Shown here piece after piece: positions 38,188-47,297 of a DNA stretch of 54,236 nucleotides. This stretch comes from Eubacteriales bacterium (GTDB taxonomy: Bacteria; Bacillota; Clostridia; Oscillospirales; CAG-272). Position 1 is the first letter of the stretch. Each line of letters begins with the position of its first letter. Under the pieces are notes generated by a model. It saw nothing but the letters and a program-made list of their open reading frames with translations, was not told where the DNA came from and searched no databases. A program made the position numbers and the translations under genes. The stretch lies in the NCBI GenBank assembly GCA_045648605.1, contig JAZROG010000011.1:1-54236 (forward strand), read 5' to 3'.

Positions 38188-38327
38188 AATTTTTCTCCTT
38201 TGTTTTTTACTGTTTTATATTTTACACCAAAAAAAGACTTTTGTCCATAGTATTTTTAATTTTCTATTTACATAATTTAAAATCTATGGTATAATATCTT
38301 AACGATTGTGATTTTAAGAGGAAAATT

Positions 38328-38780
38328 ATGACGATAATAGATAGTATAACTCTCTCTCCCGAAGAAACGGAAAATATTGGCAGAATTCTTGCAGAAAAGA
38401 TATTGAATGACAGCTCGCTTCCGCGTTTTGTTGCTCTTTACGGCGATCTCGGAGTTGGAAAGACCGCATTTGTGCGCGGCTTTACATCGGCTGTTACAAC
38501 AAATGCCACTGTAAAATCCCCTACATTTACGCTGGTAAATGAATACAAGGGCGGAAAGCTTCCCGTGTTTCATTTTGATATGTATAGAATCGAGGATGAG
38601 GACAGCCTTTATTCTATCGGATTCTACGATTACCTTGACAGAGGAATTTGCCTTACCGAATGGACGGAGAACATTGAATTTGCTTTGCCCGAAGAATTCA
38701 TCAAGGTAACTATAACAAAAAATAATATAGAAAATACCGAAAGCCGTTCTGTTGCGGTAGAGCTTATTTGGGAGGGTTGA
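38328..38780 (+). CDS. tsaE: tRNA t6A37 biosynthesis ATPase TsaE
   Basis: LYGDLGVGKTAFVRG P-loop, SPTFTLVNEY, HFDMYR and EW motifs. Confidence 0.92.
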   Translation: MTIIDSITLSPEETENIGRILAEKILNDSSLPRFVALYGDLGVGKTAFVRGFTSAVTTNATVKSPTFTLVNEYKGGKLPVFHFDMYRIEDEDSLYSIGFYDYLDRGICLTEWTENIEFALPEEFIKVTITKNNIENTESRSVAVELIWEG

Positions 38781-38781
38781 T

Positions 38782-39483
38782 ATGAAAATACTTGCAATAG
38801 ACAGCACCGCGATAGTCGGCTCATGTGCAGTGCTTGAGGATGAAAAGCTTCTTTCTCATTTCACTGTTAATAACGGAAACACGCATAGCGAAACGCTTTT
38901 GCCCATGATAGAAGCCTCGCTTAAATTGCTCGGATTAACCGCATATGATATCGACATATTTGCGCTTGCCGAGGGCCCCGGCTCCTTTACAGGTGTAAGA
39001 ATCGGCGCGGCGACGATCAAGGGGCTTGCCTTCGGAAAGGAAAAGCCCTGCATCGGTGTTTCAACCCTTGAGGCGCTGGCTGAAAATCTTTCGTCCTCAA
39101 ACGGAATAATTTGCCCGGCTATGAACGCAAGGCGAAATCAGGTTTACAATGCGCTATTCAGATGCAAGGACGGAATTATTCAAAGACTTACCGAGGACAG
39201 AGCAATTTCGGTAAGCGATCTTGAGGAAGAGCTGAAGGCTTTTGATGAGCCGATATTTATTTGCGGTGACGGTGATTTTCTTCTTTATGAATCAAGCACA
39301 AAAACAGTTGAATATCGTTTTGTCAGTGAAAATTTGCGCCATCAAAACGGAGTCTCCGTTGGTCTTTGCGCATTGAAAAAATATAAAAACGGCGATGTGA
39401 AAACAGATATCACCATCGCTCCCACTTACCTTCGCCCATCGCAGGCGGAAAGAACAAGAAATGAAAAGCTTAAGGATAATTAA
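38782..39483 (+). CDS. tsaB: tRNA t6A37 biosynthesis protein TsaB
   Basis: ILAIDST...H.E.L.P...GPGSFTGVRIG pattern. It starts 1 nt after the tsaE stop. Confidence 0.9.
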   Translation: MKILAIDSTAIVGSCAVLEDEKLLSHFTVNNGNTHSETLLPMIEASLKLLGLTAYDIDIFALAEGPGSFTGVRIGAATIKGLAFGKEKPCIGVSTLEALAENLSSSNGIICPAMNARRNQVYNALFRCKDGIIQRLTEDRAISVSDLEEELKAFDEPIFICGDGDFLLYESSTKTVEYRFVSENLRHQNGVSVGLCALKKYKNGDVKTDITIAPTYLRPSQAERTRNEKLKDN

Positions 39484-39485
39484 CA

Positions 39486-39947
39486 ATGAAAAAATTAGTT
39501 ATAGGCGCAGATCACGCGGGATATGCTTTGAAGGATAAGATCAAGGCTGTACTTATTGAAAGAGGCTATGAGGTTACAGATGTTGGAACATTTTCAGCGG
39601 AAAGCTGCAAATATCCTATAATTGCCCACGAGCTTTGCAAGAACATTCAGGAAGGCAAGAGCGAAATGGGAATTCTTATCTGCGGCACGGGTGTTGGTAT
39701 GTCACTCTGCGCAAACAAGCATAAGGGCATCAGAGCCGCTTGCGTTTCCGACACATTCAGCGCAAGACTCACAAGAATGCACAATGATGCGAATGTTCTT
39801 TGCTTTGGCGAAAGAGTTGTTGGCTATGGACTCGCAATGGAGCTTGTTGACGCGTTCATCGAAACAGAATTTGAGGGCGGCAGACACGCAGAGAGAGTTG
39901 CCCTTATAAACTCAATAGAAAGCGAAGATTTTGACACGCTCAAATAA
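39486..39947 (+). CDS. rpiB: Ribose-5-phosphate isomerase B
   Basis: IGADHAG...GILICGTGVGMS..ANK..GIRAA...R.HND.N LacAB/RpiB signature. Confidence 0.93.
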   Translation: MKKLVIGADHAGYALKDKIKAVLIERGYEVTDVGTFSAESCKYPIIAHELCKNIQEGKSEMGILICGTGVGMSLCANKHKGIRAACVSDTFSARLTRMHNDANVLCFGERVVGYGLAMELVDAFIETEFEGGRHAERVALINSIESEDFDTLK

Positions 39948-39988
39948 TTAGAAATTAAGATTCAAAACTAATTATATTAGGAGAAAAA

Positions 39989-40771
39989 ATGTGCAAATTA
40001 AAGGATTTTTTCGGCTCGGTCGCATCTGTTCTGCGCGCTGTAACAGGTAATACAAGAGACAAAATATTCACCTCTGCAATCATCGTTGCAGGCGGCTCTT
40101 CCCTTCGCATGGGCGGTGACAGAACAAAGCAGATGATGCTTATTTGCGGAAAACCCGTGGTTGTCCATACATTGCTCGCTTTTCAAAGCTGCGAAAGAAT
40201 ATCAGAAATAATCGTTGTAGCAAAGGAAGACGATATACCGCTTTACAGCGAAATCGCAAAAAAATACGGCATTACAAAGCTTGCAAGGGTCGTAAAGGGC
40301 GGAGATACAAGACAAGCATCTGCTCTTTGCGGATTTGATGCAGCATCTCCTAAAGCTGATTTCGTTGCGATACACGATGCGGCAAGATGCCTTATCTCAA
40401 ATGATGATATATGCAATGTACTTGACGCAGCAATAAAATACGGTGCTGCAAGTGCTTCTGTCGGTGTTTCGGATACTGTAAAAATCGTTGATAAAAATGG
40501 CTTTTCTGTCCGTACCGAGGACAGAAATTCAGTTATGCTTGCTCAAACTCCTCAGATCTTCGGAAGGAATCTTTACTGCGCTGCCGCATATACAGCAAAG
40601 GAAGAAGGCTTTGAAGTAACAGATGACAATATGCTTGCAGAGCGCATCGGGTACAAGGTCAAAATGGTTGATTGCAGCAGAGAAAATATTAAAATCACTT
40701 TTCCCGAGGACATTGAAAGGGCAGAAAAAATTATAAACAAACGAAGAGAGGCCGAGGAAAAATATGTTTAG
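39989..40771 (+). CDS. ispD: 2-C-methyl-D-erythritol 4-phosphate cytidylyltransferase
   Basis: [23 protein letters not shown] and IHDAARC motifs. Confidence 0.92.
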   Translation: MCKLKDFFGSVASVLRAVTGNTRDKIFTSAIIVAGGSSLRMGGDRTKQMMLICGKPVVVHTLLAFQSCERISEIIVVAKEDDIPLYSEIAKKYGITKLARVVKGGDTRQASALCGFDAASPKADFVAIHDAARCLISNDDICNVLDAAIKYGAASASVGVSDTVKIVDKNGFSVRTEDRNSVMLAQTPQIFGRNLYCAAAYTAKEEGFEVTDDNMLAERIGYKVKMVDCSRENIKITFPEDIERAEKIINKRREAEEKYV

Positions 40772-41237
40772 AATTGGTCACGGTTATGATGTTCACAGGC
40801 TCGTCGAAGGAAGAAAATTGATAATCGGCGGTGTAGAAATCCCCCACGAGGTCGGTCTTCTCGGTCATAGCGATGCTGATGTTCTTCTCCATGCAATTAT
40901 GGATTCCTTGCTCGGCGCTGCCGCACTTGGTGACATTGGAAAGCTATTTCCCGATAATGATAATGCTTTTAAGGGAGCAGACAGCCTTGTTCTTACTCAA
41001 AAGGTAGGAATGCTTATTAAAGAAAATGGTTATACCATCTCCAATATTGATGCAACTGTTATTGCACAAGCACCCAAGCTCGCTCCACACATTGATAAAA
41101 TGCGAGAAAACATAGCAAAAGGACTTGACACCGATATCGACCGCATAAGCATTAAGGCAACCACCGAGGAAAAGCTCGGCTTTACAGGAAAAAAAGAAGG
41201 CATTGCGGCTCATGCTGTTTGCCTTATAGAAAAATAA
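40764..41237 (+). CDS. ispF: 2-C-methyl-D-erythritol 2,4-cyclodiphosphate synthase
   Basis: [22 protein letters not shown] and DIGKLFPD motifs. It overlaps the ispD end by 8 nt. Confidence 0.95.
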   Translation: MFRIGHGYDVHRLVEGRKLIIGGVEIPHEVGLLGHSDADVLLHAIMDSLLGAAALGDIGKLFPDNDNAFKGADSLVLTQKVGMLIKENGYTISNIDATVIAQAPKLAPHIDKMRENIAKGLDTDIDRISIKATTEEKLGFTGKKEGIAAHAVCLIEK

Positions 41238-41240
41238 ATA

Positions 41241-41259
41241 GGGCTGCCAATGACAGCCC
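41241..41259 (+). terminator. Probable terminator hairpin after ispF
   Basis: GGGCTG-ccaatga-CAGCCC. The downstream T-tract is weak (CTATATAATT). Confidence 0.45.
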
Positions 41260-41425
41260 CTATATAATTCGGGAATTTCTGATGCTTTACTAATCACACA
41301 TCCTTGATTTTTATAAATCACACTATCAGATTCATCCCTATTGCTTTCATACTAAATTTTATGTCTGAAAGCAATGTTTCGTTACAAAATTCGTCGCAAA
41401 TCGACATAAAACAAGGAGGTTTAAA

Positions 41426-42097
41426 ATGACATTTATATCACCGTCTGTTCTCGCCTGCGATTTTTCCCATCTTGCGGACGAGGTAATAAAAATGGAGGCC
41501 GCCGGTGCCGATTATCTGCATCTTGATGTTATGGACGGTCATTTCGTTCCTAATATCAGCTTTGGCCCCGGTGTGATCTCTTCCGTAAGAAAGGTCAGCC
41601 GTCTGCTTTTTGATGTTCATCTTATGATAAGCGAGCCCGCTAAATATCTCGACAGCTTTATTCGCGCGGGCGCGGATATAATAACCATTCATGCAGAAAG
41701 CGAAGGCAATATAGGCGAGATGATCGACTATATCAAGGAGCACGATGTCAGAGCCGGTCTTGCGATCTCTCCAAAAACCTCCTATGAGGTTGTGCTTCCC
41801 CATCTTGACAAGCTTGATATGGTACTTGTTATGACAGTCGAGCCGGGCTTTGGCGGTCAGAAGATGATTCCCGAAACTCTTGATAAATGCCGAATACTTC
41901 GTCGCGAGATAACTATGAGAGGTCTTACGACCAATATCGAGGTCGATGGCGGCATAAATGCAGAAAATGTTTGGCTCTGCTCCTCAAACGGTGCTAATGT
42001 TATCGTTGCAGGCTCTGCTATTTTCGGCTCAAGCAAACCAAGAACAGTCATTTCAAAGATGAAGAGCGAATGTGAGCTTCACCCCTTTGCGGGTTGA
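41426..42097 (+). CDS. rpe: Ribulose-phosphate 3-epimerase
   Basis: SPSVLACDF, LHLDVMDGHFVPN, MTVEPGFGGQ and EVDGGI motifs. Confidence 0.95.
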   Translation: MTFISPSVLACDFSHLADEVIKMEAAGADYLHLDVMDGHFVPNISFGPGVISSVRKVSRLLFDVHLMISEPAKYLDSFIRAGADIITIHAESEGNIGEMIDYIKEHDVRAGLAISPKTSYEVVLPHLDKLDMVLVMTVEPGFGGQKMIPETLDKCRILRREITMRGLTTNIEVDGGINAENVWLCSSNGANVIVAGSAIFGSSKPRTVISKMKSECELHPFAG

Positions 42098-42991
42098 TCA
42101 TAAAAGGTCAAGCTCATTCATCAGCTTATATAGCTTTTCCCTGTTCTCATCGCTTATTGAGCATAGAGGAAGACGGAATTCCTCATGACAAAGACCTTTT
42201 GCGGCAAGGGCTGTCTTTACGGGTATCGGATTCACCTCTGAAAACATAGCACGCATGAGAGGTAAATATTTTTTGAAAATGCTTCTTGCTTCATCTGTAT
42301 TCCCTTCAAAATATTTTTTGCAAATATCGTGTATTTCCCGGGGAATAATATTTGAAGCAACGGATATCGTTCCTTTTCCACCGAGTGCAAGGCACGGGAA
42401 TATCTCATCATCATTTCCGGTGTAAACATCAAGAGATTCGCCACATTCAAATATAAGCTCTGCGCAGCTTACGATATCGGGGTTTGCTTCCTTAACAGCA
42501 ACTACATTTTCGATTTTTGATAATTCCTTGTAGCTTTGAAGAGTTATATTGACGCTTGTTCGTGTTGGAACATTATAAAGGATTATCGGCAGATGAGTGC
42601 TTTCAGCAATTACCTTATAGCTTTCTATCAACCCCTTTTGCGTTGCTTTATTATAGTACGGAGTCACCACAAGGCAAGCATCAGCACCCATATCGGTTGC
42701 TATTTTAGTGAGTCTTTGAGCTTTAGCGGTATCGTTACTGCCGCTTCCAAGAATAAGAGGTAATCTTCCTGCTATTTTTTCTTTGGAAAATTTTGCAAGT
42801 GATTTGAATTCATCCTCCGTAAGCGTTGTGGCTTCACCCGTAGTCCCCGAAACCACCAAGGCATCTATGCCATTTGTTATCTGATACTCTATAATGTTAC
42901 CCAATGCTTCAAAATCTATTTTACCACCATAGAATGGTGTTACAAGGGCTGTTGCAGCCCCACTGAAAACCGATTTTTTATTTTTACTCAT
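42098..42991 (-). CDS. dapA: 4-hydroxy-tetrahydrodipicolinate synthase
   Basis: ALVTPF, VSGTTGE, YNVP and VAVKEA (Schiff-base Lys) motifs. Confidence 0.93.
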   Translation of the reverse strand: MSKNKKSVFSGAATALVTPFYGGKIDFEALGNIIEYQITNGIDALVVSGTTGEATTLTEDEFKSLAKFSKEKIAGRLPLILGSGSNDTAKAQRLTKIATDMGADACLVVTPYYNKATQKGLIESYKVIAESTHLPIILYNVPTRTSVNITLQSYKELSKIENVVAVKEANPDIVSCAELIFECGESLDVYTGNDDEIFPCLALGGKGTISVASNIIPREIHDICKKYFEGNTDEARSIFKKYLPLMRAMFSEVNPIPVKTALAAKGLCHEEFRLPLCSISDENREKLYKLMNELDLL

Positions 42992-43071
42992 ATATATCTC
43001 CTATATATTTATTTCCTCAGTAAATTATATGCAGAGAAATATTTTGTAGTTACCCAAGGAAAGGCAAGGAT

Positions 43072-44151
43072 ATGTCAGAAACCATCACAAACAAAAAGGC
43101 TCCCACAGATCTTAAAACCAAGGATTTTTACTATGATCTTCCCGAGGAGCTGATTGCACAGCATCCCATGGAAAAGCGTGATAATTCACGTCTTTTGGTG
43201 ATAGACCGCAAAAGCGGCGAGCTTCAGCATAAGCACTTTTACAATATAATCGACTACATAAATCCCGAAGATGTGCTTGTTATCAATGATTCAAAGGTCA
43301 TTCCCGCAAGGCTTTACGGTCACGCCGAGGGACGAGAGGATGCAAAGATCGAGCTTCTTTTGCTTCGCTCACACGGACTTGACACATGGGAAACTCTTGT
43401 TAAGCCGGGAAAAAGAGCAAAAATCGGCAGTAGGCTTGTTTTCGGAGACGGTCTTCTTACAGGTGAGATCACGGACATCGTTGAAGAGGGTAACAGAATA
43501 ATAAAATTTGATTACGACAGAGAAAAACATTCTAATGTTTATGAAATTTTACATCAGATAGGTCTCATGCCCCTTCCACCTTATATTACAGAACGTCTCA
43601 GTGACAACAGCAGATACCAGACGGTTTACGCAAAGGACGAAGGCTCAGCGGCAGCACCAACTGCGGGACTGCATTTCACTCCCGAGCTTCTTGAAGCCAT
43701 AAGAGCAAAAGGCTGCGCCATTGCTCCCGTTATGCTTCATGTTGGACTTGGAACCTTCAGACCGGTGAAAGCTGACAGAATTGATGAGCATATCATGCAC
43801 ACGGAATTTATTTCGGTTTCGGAGGAAAGTGCAAGAATAATAAATGAGCGAAAGGCCGCCGGAGGCAGAATCATTGCTGTCGGCACAACATCCTGCCGAA
43901 CTCTCGAAAGTGTTGCCGATGAAAACGGTATTATTAAGCCAATAAGCGGAGATACGGGAATTTTTATCTATCCGGGATATAAATTCAAGGCAGTCGATGC
44001 TCTCATTACCAATTTCCACCTTCCCGAAAGCACTCTGCTTATGCTCGTTTCCGCATTTTATAACAGAGAAAAAATGCTTGAGGCATATAATACAGCGGTG
44101 GACGAGAAATATAGATTTTTCTCCTTTGGCGACGCGATGTTTATATGTTGA
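43072..44151 (+). CDS. queA: S-adenosylmethionine:tRNA ribosyltransferase-isomerase
   Basis: [42 protein letters not shown] and [10 protein letters not shown] motifs. Confidence 0.96.
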   Translation: MSETITNKKAPTDLKTKDFYYDLPEELIAQHPMEKRDNSRLLVIDRKSGELQHKHFYNIIDYINPEDVLVINDSKVIPARLYGHAEGREDAKIELLLLRSHGLDTWETLVKPGKRAKIGSRLVFGDGLLTGEITDIVEEGNRIIKFDYDREKHSNVYEILHQIGLMPLPPYITERLSDNSRYQTVYAKDEGSAAAPTAGLHFTPELLEAIRAKGCAIAPVMLHVGLGTFRPVKADRIDEHIMHTEFISVSEESARIINERKAAGGRIIAVGTTSCRTLESVADENGIIKPISGDTGIFIYPGYKFKAVDALITNFHLPESTLLMLVSAFYNREKMLEAYNTAVDEKYRFFSFGDAMFIC

Positions 44152-44210
44152 CAACCAAACACAAAACGCGCATGAAAGCACGATTCATGCAAAAATTACA
44201 ACATAATATG

Positions 44211-44239
44211 TTGACAAATTGGACATAATATGATATACT
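44211..44239 (+). promoter_or_regulatory. Promoter of the relB/dinJ-yafQ operon with flanking 10-nt direct repeats
   Basis: TTGACA (44211..44216), 17-nt spacer, TATACT (44234..44239). ACATAATATG occurs at 44201..44210 and 44223..44232, bracketing the -35. Confidence 0.55.
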
Positions 44240-44261
44240 ATTATCGAAAGGAGTTGATATT

Positions 44262-44543
44262 ATGTCTAAAGTATCTACGAACATCAGCCTTGATGCTGAA
44301 ACCAAAGCTAAAGCGCAGGTAATGCTTGCTGATCTTGGAATGGATCTTTCTACTGCTGTAAACATTTTTCTTCGTCAAATGCTTTATGAAGGTGGAATTC
44401 CGTTTTCTATTACCAGAGATGTTCCTAACAAGATTACTCTTGAAGCAATGAAAGAAGCACAGGAAATGTTCCGTTCTCCCGAAAAGTACAAGAAGTATGA
44501 CAATGTAGACAGTATGATGGAGGACATTTTAGGTGAAGTATGA
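44262..44543 (+). CDS. Type II antitoxin, RelB/DinJ family
   Basis: The 93-aa N-terminal ribbon-helix-helix pattern (NISLDAETKAKAQVMLADLGMDLSTAVNIFLRQ) is typical of DinJ/RelB. It overlaps the toxin gene by 11 nt. Confidence 0.85.
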   Translation: MSKVSTNISLDAETKAKAQVMLADLGMDLSTAVNIFLRQMLYEGGIPFSITRDVPNKITLEAMKEAQEMFRSPEKYKKYDNVDSMMEDILGEV

Positions 44544-44808
44544 GATCGTACCTTCCAATCAATTTAAGAAGGATTTAAAATTAGCGCAAAAACGCGGATA
44601 TGATCTTGATAAAATAAAAAAGGTTATTACTGCTCTTGCGAACGGTGAAACACTTGAAGCAAAATATCGTGACCATTTGCTTACCGGTAATTACGGCGGT
44701 TATCGAGAATGTCATATTCAACCGGATTGGTTGCTCGTATATCAAATAGACGGAAATCAATTGATATTGTTCTTGGCTCGAACAGGCACGCACAGCGATT
44801 TGTTTTGA
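44533..44808 (+). CDS. yafQ: Type II toxin, YafQ family (RelE/ParE superfamily mRNA interferase)
   Basis: FKKDLKLAQKRG ... DHLLTGNYGGYRECHIQPDWLLVYQ ... ARTGTHSDLF matches the YafQ signature, including the terminal H..LF. Confidence 0.85.
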   Translation: MKYEIVPSNQFKKDLKLAQKRGYDLDKIKKVITALANGETLEAKYRDHLLTGNYGGYRECHIQPDWLLVYQIDGNQLILFLARTGTHSDLF

Positions 44809-44811
44809 GCT

Positions 44812-44964
44812 TTACCGATTGGTTTGTACAACATTGCCGATCGGTAATTTCTTATATAACATCAACATCGGAGATGCCTGTTACATTTGCTAAATTTTAT
44901 GTGATATATCATATATAAATCATGCAACATTACCAATCGGTAAAACTGAATATCCAATCGGTAA
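44812..44964. repeat. Cluster of palindromic TTACCRATYGGTAA-type motifs (four copies here, more at 45865..45893)
   Basis: Copies are TTACCGATTGGT (44812), TTGCCGATCGGTAA (44834), TTACCAATCGGTAA (44930) and ATCCAATCGGTAA (44952). Two sit in a longer unit, CAACATTRCCRATCGGTAA (44829..44847 and 44925..44943). Confidence 0.6.
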
Positions 44965-45012
44965 TTCTTTCGGCAACAATAGAAATAAAACTAAAAAACT
45001 TTCCGAAATCTA

Positions 45013-45041
45013 TTGACAAAATAGGATATATCCTATATAAT
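45013..45041 (+). promoter_or_regulatory. Consensus promoter with a perfect palindromic operator in the spacer
   Basis: TTGACA (45013..45018), 17-nt spacer, TATAAT (45036..45041). The spacer contains the 14-bp perfect palindrome TAGGATATATCCTA (45022..45035), and a TAGGATA half-site repeats at 45049..45055. Confidence 0.65.
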
Positions 45042-45084
45042 ATATGTGTAGGATAAAACATTCCATTTTTACGGAGAATAATCA

Positions 45085-45354
45085 ATGAATGAGATCAAAA
45101 TCAGGTATTCAAAGGACGCACTGAAATTTTTATCAAAATTGGATAAAAAATCGGTTGGTAGAATCCGTGATGCTATTACAGGACTAACTTATAATCCACC
45201 CGTTGGAGACATCAAAACAATGCAAGGCTACAACGACGGAAGGAAACGACTCCGTGTTGGCTCGTGGAGAATTATCTACCGGCACGAAAATGAAGAAATG
45301 GTTGAGATCATCTTCGTGATTGATATTGGTAATCGCGGAGATATATACAAATAA
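45085..45354 (+). CDS. Type II toxin, RelE/ParE family
   Basis: 89-aa ORF. KDALKFLSKLDKKSVGRIRDAI..L..NP ... KRLRVGSWRIIY ... V.IIFVIDIGNRGDIYK is the RelE/StbE/ParE fold pattern. Confidence 0.85.
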   Translation: MNEIKIRYSKDALKFLSKLDKKSVGRIRDAITGLTYNPPVGDIKTMQGYNDGRKRLRVGSWRIIYRHENEEMVEIIFVIDIGNRGDIYK

Positions 45355-45367
45355 GGAGGTATCTTTT

Positions 45368-45586
45368 ATGTCAAGTATTGCGATTGAAGCGGCACGCTTA
45401 ATGGATGCTCTGCCCGAAGCAGACAAAGCGTTTGCTTACGAGTTTATCAAGAAATTGGTTTTAGCTTGGGATCCCGATTTTACTAAGGTAACTGCCGATG
45501 AGGCAAAAAGAATAGAGGATGCGGAAAACAGCGGCTACGTTGATGCAGACGAAATTGATTGGGAGAGCATTGGAACCGATGAGTAA
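45368..45586 (+). CDS. Small acidic protein (72 aa), putative antitoxin or neutralising component
   Basis: An AAGGAGG SD sits 8 nt before ATG 45368. The C-terminal half is highly acidic (EDAENSGYVDADEIDWESIGTDE). It is sandwiched and translationally coupled between the toxin and the HTH gene. No family is recognised. Confidence 0.6.
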   Translation: MSSIAIEAARLMDALPEADKAFAYEFIKKLVLAWDPDFTKVTADEAKRIEDAENSGYVDADEIDWESIGTDE

Positions 45587-45812
45587 TATAACCCGTATTG
45601 TCGAAGCGGACGAAATTATACAAGCATTGATCGAGGCAAGACGCGCGTCGGGAATGACGCAAAAGGAATTGTCAGAACTTACAGGAATCGCCCAGGGGGA
45701 CATCAGTAAGCTGGAAAAGGGAAATTCGAATCCTTCTCTGCGTACTTTGATTCGGCTTGCCGAAGGAATGGGAATGCAGTTAAAAGTGGAATTTTGTCCT
45801 TCAAGCCATTAA
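45579..45812 (+). CDS. XRE-family HTH protein (antitoxin or regulator of the module)
   Basis: ATG 45579 overlaps the previous ORF by 8 nt. RRASGMTQKELSELTGIAQGDISKLEKGNSNPSLRTLIRLAEGMG is a canonical HTH_3 domain. Confidence 0.85.
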   Translation: MSNITRIVEADEIIQALIEARRASGMTQKELSELTGIAQGDISKLEKGNSNPSLRTLIRLAEGMGMQLKVEFCPSSH

Positions 45813-45846
45813 CTCAGCAGGGCATTTTTTGCCCTGCTGAGTTTTT
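45813..45846 (+). terminator. Rho-independent terminator of the three-gene TA module
   Basis: CTCAGCAGGGC-atttttt-GCCCTGCTGAG followed by TTTTT. Confidence 0.85.
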
Positions 45847-45963
45847 GAATTTAAGCATTAAAAATTACCAATTGGTTATGTAAGTTACCAATCTTATATC
45901 CCATCAACATCGGTGATGCTATGCTCATCCTTTAAAGGATGAGCTGATGAAAAATGAATAATC

Positions 45964-46007
45964 AAAAAGGTGCCGCCTCAAATACAAAAATTTGAGACGT
46001 CACCTTT
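45964..46007 (-). terminator. Rho-independent terminator after the FAD oxidoreductase gene
   Basis: Imperfect long hairpin AAAGGTGCCGCCTCAAAT / ATTTGAGACGTCACCTTT with a T-run on the minus strand (A-run 45964..45968). Confidence 0.65.
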
Positions 46008-46011
46008 CCTT

Positions 46012-47289
46012 TTATTCAAACAGATCGATTCCTTTATTTGTCAGAACCTTTTGAACCTCTTTATAGTCAAGTGATTTATTGGATTTATTGTTTTTCACAC
46101 AAAGCGCCGCAGCGATTCCCGCTGCCTCAGCGATATTGAGCGCAATATTCATTACTCTGTAAGACGCGTGTGCTCTGTGTGTTCCGCTTATACATCTACC
46201 CGAGGTAAACAGATTTTCGTTTACGAGAGGCACTATGCATCTATACGGAATATCATATTTCTGGGTTGAAACAGGAAGAGTTTCGCTTTCTGCCTGCCCT
46301 GCCCCTCCGGGATTATGGATATCAATGGGAAAATCCGCCTTATGTACGATAACATCCTCGAAGGGTCTGCCGTCAATAAGCGAATCAGCGTCAAGAACAT
46401 ACTGTCCCATAACACGTCTTGATTCTCTGACGCCAACAACATCGGAGCTGTCCTTGATAAATACATTTTCAAAGCCTTCAACATTGCTTTTCAGAAAATC
46501 AATTATCATCTTCGTCTGTCTCCGAAGTGCGACCTGTGCTTTGGTATATTCCAAGGGATCAAGAGGATTGAATCCATTTATCTGTGTGGCATTAACAACT
46601 CTTTCATCCGAGTTTTTGCCCGGATAAAGTCTGCCGATATTAACCTCGGGAGGAAGCTCGCCTTTTTCGCAGGCTTCTCGGCACATATGCAAAAATCCGC
46701 CATTTTTCAAGATGGTTTCGTCCTCTTCGTGGTAACAGGTCAGCTTTTGCATGGGATCGATTCCGCCTATTGTAAACATTATTGACATCGGCTGAACAAG
46801 ACCGTCCTCCCTACCGTATTCTGTTTTCTCACCCGCTAGATAAGAAAGGACACCGTCACCTGTTCCGTCAATAAACACCTTTCCCTTGATAGCCTTCAGA
46901 CCATACTGTGTTGAAATAATGACAGATTGGATCCTGTTATTCTCAATTATTACATCGGAAAGAGATGTATTGAGATAAACGTCAATTCCCTTCTCATCAA
47001 GCAAAGCAGTAAGCCTGATCTTTGCTTCCTCTGCATTGCAATCGGGCTTGTTTTCATCTGAAAGATAGCGTATAATGAAATCTGCCATTGTGTTGTCAAT
47101 ATAGCGTCCCATAAGCGGAGAAACATGACCTATAGTTATATTTCCGACAACAACGCCCGCGCGCTCAATTATCAACACTCGCATTCCGAGGTCTGCGGCA
47201 GAAATAGCTGCACCGATACCACCGGGGTCTCCACCCGCTATCACAATGTCGTATTCGCCTATCACATCAATAAGTTTTCTATATTCCAT
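46012..47289 (-). CDS. FAD-dependent oxidoreductase (FAD_oxidored/GIDA-like fold)
   Basis: N-terminal dinucleotide-binding motif YDIVIAGGDPGGIGAAISAADLGMRVLIIER and C-terminal SGTHRAHASYRVM, typical of this family. Confidence 0.85.
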   Translation of the reverse strand: MEYRKLIDVIGEYDIVIAGGDPGGIGAAISAADLGMRVLIIERAGVVVGNITIGHVSPLMGRYIDNTMADFIIRYLSDENKPDCNAEEAKIRLTALLDEKGIDVYLNTSLSDVIIENNRIQSVIISTQYGLKAIKGKVFIDGTGDGVLSYLAGEKTEYGREDGLVQPMSIMFTIGGIDPMQKLTCYHEEDETILKNGGFLHMCREACEKGELPPEVNIGRLYPGKNSDERVVNATQINGFNPLDPLEYTKAQVALRRQTKMIIDFLKSNVEGFENVFIKDSSDVVGVRESRRVMGQYVLDADSLIDGRPFEDVIVHKADFPIDIHNPGGAGQAESETLPVSTQKYDIPYRCIVPLVNENLFTSGRCISGTHRAHASYRVMNIALNIAEAAGIAAALCVKNNKSNKSLDYKEVQKVLTNKGIDLFE

Positions 47290-47297
47290 AATTCACC

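Noticed and set aside
41340-41375. Hairpin TTGCTTTCA...TGAAAGCAA and a 22-codon ORF overlapping the rpe start, as a leader peptide or attenuator
   Set aside because: The short ORF has no RBS, there is no alternative pairing or T-run, and it does not resemble any riboswitch or T-box I know.
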